The notes under the pieces are model-generated. The model ran no database searches. It was not told the DNA's origin and was given only the letters and a program-made list of their open reading frames with translations. From an uncultured Thermoplasmata archaeon (lineage in GTDB: Archaea > Thermoplasmatota > Thermoplasmata > UBA10834), in contig CAVRDX010000001.1 in NCBI GenBank assembly GCA_963719945.1, positions 416,001 to 480,000 on the forward strand: 64,000 nt of DNA, given 5' to 3'. Made by a program: the position numbers and the translations under genes. This document shows, in pieces, positions 57,157 through 64,000 of the stretch (position 1 is its first letter; each line of letters opens with the position of its first letter).

Positions 57157-57819
57157 TCAAAATCTTCTTCCTTTTTCGCTCTTGATGCCCGAGAGTTCTA
57201 TTGCCAATCCCGATAGGGAAGCCAGCATCTCCATCCATTTCAACGATTCTATGGTCGGGAACTTGTAGTCAATGGTCCCCGATATCTCTATCCAGCCGAG
57301 TATGTTGTCGTTGTTCCCTCGTATCCAGATATCGAAGTAGTCTCCTTCAATACTGTCTTCTGCAGAGTGTCTCATCGATTCTAGCATTGCAGGACGGTTG
57401 TATGTCTTTGCTTCGCCATCTCCATAGGGATTGTCCTCTGCCAGGAAGAGGATGGTGTCCTTGCTGATCTCCCTCGATTTGTACACCTTCGGGTTGACGA
57501 GTTCCTCTTTCGTGTATGAGAGGCTCTTGTGCGCTTCCCAAGTATCGTGCCTGAGGCCGCCCATATACCTGTACATGAATGCGTTCTTGTCAGGGTTGAA
57601 TAGAGCAACTGTGACTTCCCTTATCCAAAGGCGTCTTCTGATAACTGAGATTACCTCATCGAAGAATCTGTCGAGGTCCATGCCTTGCTTGCGAAAATGC
57701 TTCAGCAGGGTGCTGGTATTGTCCAGAATCTTCTGATAGTCGTCCTTTGAGGAGTACATGTAGTCGAGGCGCAGCTTCCTGCCGACTTCTTCTGTACTTA
57801 CGCTCTGCTTCTTGTCCAT
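57157..57819 (-). CDS. Hypothetical protein, possibly GAF-like
   Basis: 220-aa ORF; alpha/beta pattern ending ILGWIEISG...WMEMLASL, reminiscent of GAF domains. Confidence 0.6.
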   Translation of the reverse strand: MDKKQSVSTEEVGRKLRLDYMYSSKDDYQKILDNTSTLLKHFRKQGMDLDRFFDEVISVIRRRLWIREVTVALFNPDKNAFMYRYMGGLRHDTWEAHKSLSYTKEELVNPKVYKSREISKDTILFLAEDNPYGDGEAKTYNRPAMLESMRHSAEDSIEGDYFDIWIRGNNDNILGWIEISGTIDYKFPTIESLKWMEMLASLSGLAIELSGIKSEKGRRF

Positions 57820-58028
57820 GGTCACCGCCCACCCAGGATCTCTCTGCCATCGACTCATCCTTCGATGAGACGCAATAGAGTTATGAACTCTATTGGGTCA
57901 TTATGAGTGTCGCATACATTTGGATTTTGGTACATATCGACATCCTCACTTCCAAAGGGTAAAGGGGATGCTGTCGTCTTGATTGCGAAGCCATTATGTG
58001 TCATATCTGGATATTTACCTGGGATCTG

Positions 58029-58592
58029 ATGAAGAAGCGTTGTGCATGGGTCAGCGACGACCCGTTGTCGATAGAATATCACGACAAGGAATGGGGTGTG
58101 CCAGTACATGATGATCTTAGATTATTCGAGTTTCTTGTACTCGAAGGCGCTCAGGCAGGTCTCACATGGATGACCATACTGCGCAGACGGGAGAATTATA
58201 GGAAGGCTTTTGACAATTTCGACCCCGTGAAGGTCGCTGCATATGGTCCTAAAGATATCAGGAGACTATTGTCGAATGAAGGCATCATCCGGAACCGTCT
58301 GAAAATAACATCAGCGATTACTAACGCAGAAGCATTTCTGAAGGTTCAGGATGAGTTCGGGACCTTCAACTCATACATCTGGCAATTCGTCAAGGGGAAG
58401 CCGACAACGAACCCTATGAGAAAATCTTGCAGACTCCTGACAACGTCCGATGAGGCCATCGAGATGAGCAAGGACCTCAAGCAGAGGGGATTCAGATTCG
58501 TGGGGCCTACTATCTGCTACGCCTTCATGGAAGCTGTCGGCATGGTAAACGACCATTCGGTGGAGTGTTACAGGCGGAAAGAGTTGAGATGA
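58029..58592 (+). CDS. tag: DNA-3-methyladenine glycosylase I
   Basis: RCAW, YHDKEWG, LEGAQAGLTW, IIRNRLKI, GFRFVGPTICYAFM, NDHSVEC. Confidence 0.94.
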   Translation: MKKRCAWVSDDPLSIEYHDKEWGVPVHDDLRLFEFLVLEGAQAGLTWMTILRRRENYRKAFDNFDPVKVAAYGPKDIRRLLSNEGIIRNRLKITSAITNAEAFLKVQDEFGTFNSYIWQFVKGKPTTNPMRKSCRLLTTSDEAIEMSKDLKQRGFRFVGPTICYAFMEAVGMVNDHSVECYRRKELR

Positions 58593-58808
58593 TTCCTGTA
58601 AGCGTGGATATGGATTGCCACTATGTCTATCGGGCTGTCGATTGCCAAGAGATCCAGAGCGATCTCTGGATACTGGGTTATCGAGCAAGGACCGCGATCA
58701 TTGTGGCCAAAATGATTAGAATCATGATCATCCCTGGTCGGGTCACATAGTTGGGTTCGAGATTGGTCCGCCCCAAGATTTAATTATCTCGCCGACCTCG
58801 TAGGTTGG

Positions 58809-59198
58809 ATGCGATGTTCTCATTGCGAGAAGTGTTGTCGCGATACGGAAATGGAGCTGTGCAATGCCGATATAGCGCGACTTGTGCGGAAGGGTTATGC
58901 TCAAGAGGATTTCGTGCATCGGGACACTGATGGAATACCCAGGCTTCGCAATACCGGAGGCCACTGCTTCTTCTATGATCCTGAAATGAAACGATGCAAG
59001 GAGTACTCGCGCAGGCCTTTAGGCTGCGTCATCTACCCTGTGAACATGTCGATTGATGGTGAAGTGTTGGTCGATGAACTCTGTCCTGAGGCTACCTCGG
59101 TCAGCAGCGAAGAGCTGGATAGCAAGGGACGACGGCTCCGTATGTTGCTAGATACAATCACCCTTGAGGCAAAGATGCATGATACTCGAGGGAAATGA
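58809..59198 (+). CDS. YkgJ-family cysteine cluster protein
   Basis: CSHCEKCC...CFFY...CKEYSRRPLGCVIYP. Confidence 0.85.
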   Translation: MRCSHCEKCCRDTEMELCNADIARLVRKGYAQEDFVHRDTDGIPRLRNTGGHCFFYDPEMKRCKEYSRRPLGCVIYPVNMSIDGEVLVDELCPEATSVSSEELDSKGRRLRMLLDTITLEAKMHDTRGK

Positions 59199-59389
59199 TG
59201 AGCTCCTATCTAATCTGACGAACTAAGGGGGCGCCACGGCATTGTGTGGTCCGAATCCTGTCAAAATGGGCATCAACACCGAGCTAGACTCGATTTTCGC
59301 ATTTTTACGGTCTTAATAACCGACTAGTCGTCTATATATAAAGCTATATAAGCTATCTATTCAAATACTCTTACGCCGGTGTACTTCCT

Positions 59390-59938
59390 ATGGCAGTAAT
59401 TAAGATTGAGAACGTTGTCGCCTCAGCATCTCTAGGGGTGGAGCTAGACCTTCAGGCGATTGCGATCACACTTGACGGTGCAGAATACGAACCAGAGCAG
59501 TTCCCGGGGCTGATATACCGGCTCAAGGAACCGAAGACCGCGACTCTGCTTTTCAGGAGCGGAAAGGTCGTTTGCACGGGAGCCAAGAGCCTCGAGCAGG
59601 TAAAGATCGCTGTTGGCAAGGTGGTCAAGGAGATCGAAGCCGCTGGCGTTATAATCACGAAAGAGCCAGAGATTGTGGTCCAGAACATCGTTGCCACAAG
59701 CAATCTCGGGGCGAAGATCAATCTCAACGCAACCGCTATCACCCTTGGCCTTGAGAAGGTCGAATACGAACCTGAGCAATTTCCAGGACTCGTATACCGA
59801 CTCGATGTCCCGAAGGTGGTCATGCTTCTGTTCGGCAGTGGGAAACTAGTATGCACTGGCGCGCGAAAGCCGGAAGATGCAGAGACTGCTGTTGACAAGA
59901 TCACTGAAGAGCTGAAATCAGCTGGCCTGCTTGCATAG
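59390..59938 (+). CDS. tbp: TATA-box binding protein, copy 2
   Basis: Two TBP repeats; differs from copy 1 at about 30 of 182 residues (manual count). Confidence 0.97.
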   Translation: MAVIKIENVVASASLGVELDLQAIAITLDGAEYEPEQFPGLIYRLKEPKTATLLFRSGKVVCTGAKSLEQVKIAVGKVVKEIEAAGVIITKEPEIVVQNIVATSNLGAKINLNATAITLGLEKVEYEPEQFPGLVYRLDVPKVVMLLFGSGKLVCTGARKPEDAETAVDKITEELKSAGLLA

Positions 59939-60140
59939 AATGAGATTGCAGAGCCAGGCGCCTCTTCTTTTAGAATAGAGTAATCACTTGGGTGGTCCAG
60001 GAATGGATTATCCTCGAGTGTTCCCATTTCATGGACATTTCAATAGCGCTCGTCTTCTTCTTTATTCATCTTCTCGAGGGTCAGACGTATCATCCAGTGG
60101 AGCTCTTGATCCTGTCATCCGCTTCCATTACGGATATACC

Positions 60141-60458
60141 TCAGAATCCAAGGACCATCATGTATAGAACTGCCGCTAGCAGGATGGGCGTGACGAACGA
60201 GCCGAAAATCCCTATTATCAGACATATCTTCCCGACGTGCTGTTGCTCTGGGTCAGGCTTGGTCATGTAAATTATGCCAAGTATGATGCCAGCAATTCCA
60301 ACAAAGAACGAGATGAGGTAGAATAGAATTCGCGTGTTGGAGCTGATGGGATCTTCTGGAATCTCTATTATCGGTCTGAAATCATGCCCACAGTATGGGC
60401 AAGCGAATGCATCAAAATCTATTGTGCGACCACATGATACGCAGAATCTTGATTCCAT
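60141..60458 (-). CDS. Zinc-ribbon membrane protein
   Basis: FCVSCG...ACPYCGHDF followed by hydrophobic helices ending LLAAVLYMMVLGF. Confidence 0.72.
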   Translation of the reverse strand: MESRFCVSCGRTIDFDAFACPYCGHDFRPIIEIPEDPISSNTRILFYLISFFVGIAGIILGIIYMTKPDPEQQHVGKICLIIGIFGSFVTPILLAAVLYMMVLGF

Positions 60459-60774
60459 CGCCATTCCCATCCCATTATGAAGCATTCAATTCTTGAATAT
60501 TAATACCCTTGCGGGAATTCCGTTATTCCGCAACGAGAGCAATTCATATTGACGTATCTGGATTTGAACGCTTGAGATGCAATTGAGCTTAGAATCATGA
60601 TCAGTTCATATGAATAGTCGATGGCTTCATAGGAATCTTTAAGGAAATATCGAGACGATTTCCTTAAAACGCATGGTTCTCCCAATCACATTCTAATTCT
60701 CTGCTTGCACGACAGACTTCCAGTTCATGACATATTATATATTTCGTATTATGATGTTGCAGTAAGGTGTCACC

Positions 60775-61617
60775 TTGAGGTGCAATCTCATTGGCTTGAG
60801 TGGGTTCTCGCTATCTCTCATCGCAGCCTATATGGTCATTTTTATTGCATTTAATGGGACGTCCTTCGTGTATGGTGGTTGTTCCTCGGATTCGCAACTG
60901 CACACTGATATGTCCTTGCTTGTGCTGCAGATTCTCGTGATCTACCTGATCGGGGTTGCACTGTCTGCATTTACCCCTCTCGGAGCTCTTTTGCAGATTC
61001 CGAGCCTTGCGATATCCCTGCCACTTAATTGGTATCTGGGTCACGGAACCAGTCTATTTAGCGATGCAGCATCATATGCTTTGGCGTTCGCTGCAAATAT
61101 CATCCTTCTTTCCTCAGCTTTCTTGGCAATTGAATATCCTTCGCGGAGACTGTCAATACCACCTCAAAGAAGGCTCACTTGGTGGAACATTCATCATAGA
61201 GAGTTGGCTGCAAAGCCGATTCCCAAGGCTCTGAGGGTCGCACTTATTATGATTGTCACTGCGATTGTCATCATCTCGGCTTCCTTCATGTTCTACGTGC
61301 GCGCCAACGACGTTTCGGACGTCAACGTGGTCATCTTGGTAAATGGATCAATGTACGGTTCCGTGAACTTTACCCTGTATCTAGATGGAGACTCGGTTCA
61401 TTCCGCGACTATGGTATACGATCCCGAGGATCGGGATGGGACGATGATCACTTCATTGGATCTCGAGATGCCATGTGGGTCGCACACTCTAGAGCTGGAT
61501 GCATGGAACAGCACATATGATCTATCTATAGGCACGATTGATAGCATGATCCAGTTCAGAACTCTGCCGTATGAGGAAGAGACGACCTATCTGACTATTG
61601 GTGTCGGCCTGCAATGA
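60775..61617 (+). CDS. Multi-pass membrane protein with extracellular beta domain
   Basis: About five hydrophobic segments then an acidic beta-rich C-terminus with N-x-S/T sequons. Confidence 0.6.
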   Translation: MRCNLIGLSGFSLSLIAAYMVIFIAFNGTSFVYGGCSSDSQLHTDMSLLVLQILVIYLIGVALSAFTPLGALLQIPSLAISLPLNWYLGHGTSLFSDAASYALAFAANIILLSSAFLAIEYPSRRLSIPPQRRLTWWNIHHRELAAKPIPKALRVALIMIVTAIVIISASFMFYVRANDVSDVNVVILVNGSMYGSVNFTLYLDGDSVHSATMVYDPEDRDGTMITSLDLEMPCGSHTLELDAWNSTYDLSIGTIDSMIQFRTLPYEEETTYLTIGVGLQ

Positions 61618-61680
61618 TCAAATCGTGGAATTCGCAGTCTGCAGTCACCCTTTCGTTTTGCTCGATATTCGTGAGAATCC

Positions 61681-62274
61681 CTATCCATTAAATTCGCACC
61701 GCGTAATTTCTTCGCCAGTGGAATCATGGAGAACATAGGCGCAATAGAGGATGTCCGAGGAAAATGCTTCTGCAGCCAGAATGAAGTAATCTCCTTGATT
61801 CACATATCCATTTCCGGATAGGTCAACCACCTTAAGTGACACGCAGAGATCTCCGATGTATTCGTTTCCGTAGTTCTTGAGGTCCACAGCTATATCATCT
61901 AAATCTGCGGATGACAGGTTGTCCCATGATTCATGATGACTCCCATCTGACAGAAGAATGGTAATATCGGACCAGGGGACTTCCGCTCCTGAACCAAAGA
62001 CCAACTTCATGCCTTCGATTATTGCGGTATTTGTTAGCGAAGTTGTCGGAGTAACCGCTGGGGATGTCCACTTCGTCGGATCATTAGGGTAAGGGTCCAC
62101 ATCATCTGCATAACCGTCGCCATCCGAATCCCTTATCGTATCGTCCCAGGAGTAGTCTGGACTGTAGTAGATGCCCAGTACCGAACCTATGACCACAATC
62201 CCCATGATAGTCGCCATGACTGGCGCTGTCCATTTTCGCTTCCTCGGTATTGGCTTCAGCACATTCATCGCCAT
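61681..62274 (-). CDS. Membrane-anchored protein with DxDGDG Ca-binding repeat and pilin-like globular domain
   Basis: TM, DSDGDGYADDVDPYPNDPTKW, then TPTTSL...VPWSDITILL...DLSGNGYVNQGDYF. Confidence 0.6.
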   Translation of the reverse strand: MAMNVLKPIPRKRKWTAPVMATIMGIVVIGSVLGIYYSPDYSWDDTIRDSDGDGYADDVDPYPNDPTKWTSPAVTPTTSLTNTAIIEGMKLVFGSGAEVPWSDITILLSDGSHHESWDNLSSADLDDIAVDLKNYGNEYIGDLCVSLKVVDLSGNGYVNQGDYFILAAEAFSSDILYCAYVLHDSTGEEITRCEFNG

Positions 62275-62362
62275 CTCTCAAATTCGTATTGTTTTCGGTG
62301 GTTTAATGATTTCTAATATTCCGATTGTATGACAACTTCCAATAACGACCGATATGAGTTTC

Positions 62363-62755
62363 TCACCTACTGTAATGTTCAGGGTCCTGGACGACTTCGA
62401 GTTCATTGTTGTCTAGATCGAGGAAGTCTGCGACTATGCCCCCCCAAGGCATTTTAGTGGGCTCGAGAGTGAACACTACACCCTTTCCCTTGAGCTTGCG
62501 ATGGAGTTCGTAGATGTCGTCCGTATCGAACACAATTCCGCTCTGTTTTCTCTCAGTGGACTGTTTTCCAGTTGCATGCAATCCTATCTTGGCCAATGGT
62601 TCGTCTGGCCCGACCTCTGCATGATTGAAAGTCCTTGCGTCAAGGGCAACACGTAGTCCCAAGGTCTTGCTATAGAACTCCAGAGCTCGCTGCATATCGG
62701 ATACCGATATCATCGTCAACCATACGCGAGTTATCCTTCCTCTATTCTCTTCCAT
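62363..62755 (-). CDS. VOC/glyoxalase family protein
   Basis: VSDMQRALEFYSKTLGL, FDTDDI, MPWGG, FLDLDNNELE; start at MEENRG after a GGGGGTGG RBS. Confidence 0.88.
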   Translation of the reverse strand: MEENRGRITRVWLTMISVSDMQRALEFYSKTLGLRVALDARTFNHAEVGPDEPLAKIGLHATGKQSTERKQSGIVFDTDDIYELHRKLKGKGVVFTLEPTKMPWGGIVADFLDLDNNELEVVQDPEHYSR

Positions 62756-62780
62756 GCGACCACCCCCTTGAGTGGAAATG

Positions 62781-63020
62781 CTATGCAATTTCCTTCTTTC
62801 TCCGGATAAGAGCCTCCTTCTTCTTCCGGGCAAGAGCCTGCTTCCTTTTCCGGAGGAGCGTCTCCTTCTTCTCCCTGACAAGAGACTCTTTTTTTCTCCG
62901 GACAAAAGACTCCTTTCTATTCCGGACAATAGCCTTGATTATCCAATAAACTGCGAGGCATAATACCACTAACAAAAGGACAAGACCTGCCAAAGTGCCA
63001 AGCTCAATGTAAACTGCCAT
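62781..63020 (-). CDS. Small TM protein with six basic 8-aa repeats
   Basis: N-terminal TM then VRNRKESF/VRRKKESL/VREKKETL/LRKRKQAL/ARKKKEAL/IRRKKEIA; GGGAGG RBS upstream. Confidence 0.6.
   Translation of the reverse strand: MAVYIELGTLAGLVLLLVVLCLAVYWIIKAIVRNRKESFVRRKKESLVREKKETLLRKRKQALARKKKEALIRRKKEIA
62791..62934. repeat. Degenerate 24-bp tandem repeat, six units
   Basis: Units start at 62791, 62815, 62839, 62863, 62887, 62911; approximate consensus TCCTTCTTNTTCCGGACAAGAGNC. Confidence 0.85.
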
Positions 63021-63204
63021 TCCTCCCTTCTAGGTATCTCTGTTCATCTCTATGGCTTTTTCTCATCGACTCATTGGAATTTGAACCCACCAAAATGACT
63101 GGCTCGACCGATTTAGGTACATCATACCCGTCTTATCGCATCTTTGGAAGGCACCTCAAAATTGGACATAAACCCTTTCTCTTTCTCCCTTTGAGGATGA
63201 ATCT

Positions 63205-63360
63205 CTACCTGATGGTGGTAAACCATGCAAAGAGCCAAAACAGCCACGATATGAACCATAATATGCCCAGGGCAAGGAGCCAATTCAAGGTTCCTTCAAT
63301 ATTCTTCAATGAATTCGTCATCTCTGCTGACAGCTGTTGAATCGGCGAACCACTCACCAT
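63205..63360 (-). CDS. Very small single-TM protein
   Basis: Coiled segment then WLLALGILWFISWLFWLFAWF; start uncertain. Confidence 0.35.
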   Translation of the reverse strand: MVSGSPIQQLSAEMTNSLKNIEGTLNWLLALGILWFISWLFWLFAWFTTIR

Positions 63361-63544
63361 AGAATTCCCTCGTTTCCGAATCGCCTTTGATGGCTTAAGG
63401 GCTTCTCTCGCCGCTATGGCCTTTTTGTCATGCACTCAGGCGCGTTTCTATGCAGGAATAGCCAGGGATTCGGAACGAATGCGTCTTGGCAAGGGTAGAG
63501 GTTGGGCATAACCAGTGCGGCCGTATACCGTCTTTAATCCAGAG

Positions 63545-63850
63545 CTAAGAGTGTTCGGAGATGTACTCTATCGTTCTGACTGCGATCAACACGACCCAGA
63601 CTATCAATCCAACCACTCCAAAACCAAGAACGACCTTGGCTCGTCGTGTGGCGCCAAAAAACGAGAAGCCGGCTGACATTAGCACCATAACTGCCGTTGC
63701 CGCACCGACTGCGACCGAGGCCAAGCCCAAGAACTCGGCTCTGAAGTAGAGCGAAGACGAAGATACAATCATCACGAAACCGAGGAAGAAGAGGTAGCCG
63801 GCATTCGATTTGCTTTTATCACTATGAGAGTCATTTAACTGTTCTCCCAT
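63545..63850 (-). CDS. Small three-TM membrane protein
   Basis: Three hydrophobic helices; start uncertain. Confidence 0.55.
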   Translation of the reverse strand: MGEQLNDSHSDKSKSNAGYLFFLGFVMIVSSSSLYFRAEFLGLASVAVGAATAVMVLMSAGFSFFGATRRAKVVLGFGVVGLIVWVVLIAVRTIEYISEHS

Positions 63851-64000
63851 TGGATTCCACCACTCCCGAACTCGGATGCCCCCATAAAGCCTTTCGCGTC
63901 GTAGACCGCCCATGTCTCAAGAGTGATGGGTCATAGTAGTACCAGAACCATGGAGAAGTACTATGCTCGGGTAAGAGAGGACGACGCAATCGAGGGCCTG

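Noticed and set aside
62756-62929. Arg/Ser-rich N-terminal extension of the VOC ORF in the track (62363-62929)
   Set aside because: It is an alternative-frame reading of the 24-bp repeat; the VOC gene has its own RBS and ATG at 62755.
1-64000. CRISPR array, rRNA, IS/transposase or provirus
   Set aside because: No regularly spaced identical repeats, rRNA-like blocks, transposase or viral structural motifs were seen; the only tandem repeat found (62791-62934) is degenerate and appears coding.

Overview
Gene-dense archaeal chromosomal segment. The gene set (two DUF835 proteins, DUF6015, PKD-domain surface proteins, a methanogenesis-marker-2-like gene, RHH-ftsZ) points to Thermoplasmata related to Methanomassiliicoccales; this assignment is an inference. 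Housekeeping content: dnaG (partial), tRNA-Ser(CGA), apgM, two tbp paralogs, nreA, thermosome (one +1 frameshift, probably a sequencing error), rfcL, taw1, aCPSF1-psmB, tRNA-Leu(TAG), porCDAB, leuS, ubiX, rps19e-PDCD5-rpl39e-rpl31e-eif6, SRP RNA, and a peptide ABC transporter without adjacent ATPase genes. No CRISPR array, rRNA or transposase was seen. Best candidate for an undescribed system: an FtsZ reduced to its GTP-binding N-domain (no canonical T7 loop, no C-terminal domain), downstream of a tandem-RHH CdrS-like regulator whose promoter carries helically phased TGTCAT boxes; it could be a filament-capping division regulator. Other candidates: a catalytic-domain-only (FimB/FimE-like) tyrosine recombinase with a palindrome-wrapped TATA box and about 1 kb of ORF-free upstream DNA; a structured ~190-nt leader with U-tract before dnaG; a membrane receptor with a RING-like C4HC3 finger fused to DUF835; and an SRP RNA with a UGAC instead of GGAA helix-8 loop. 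All functional calls come from motif recognition by eye; no searches were run.
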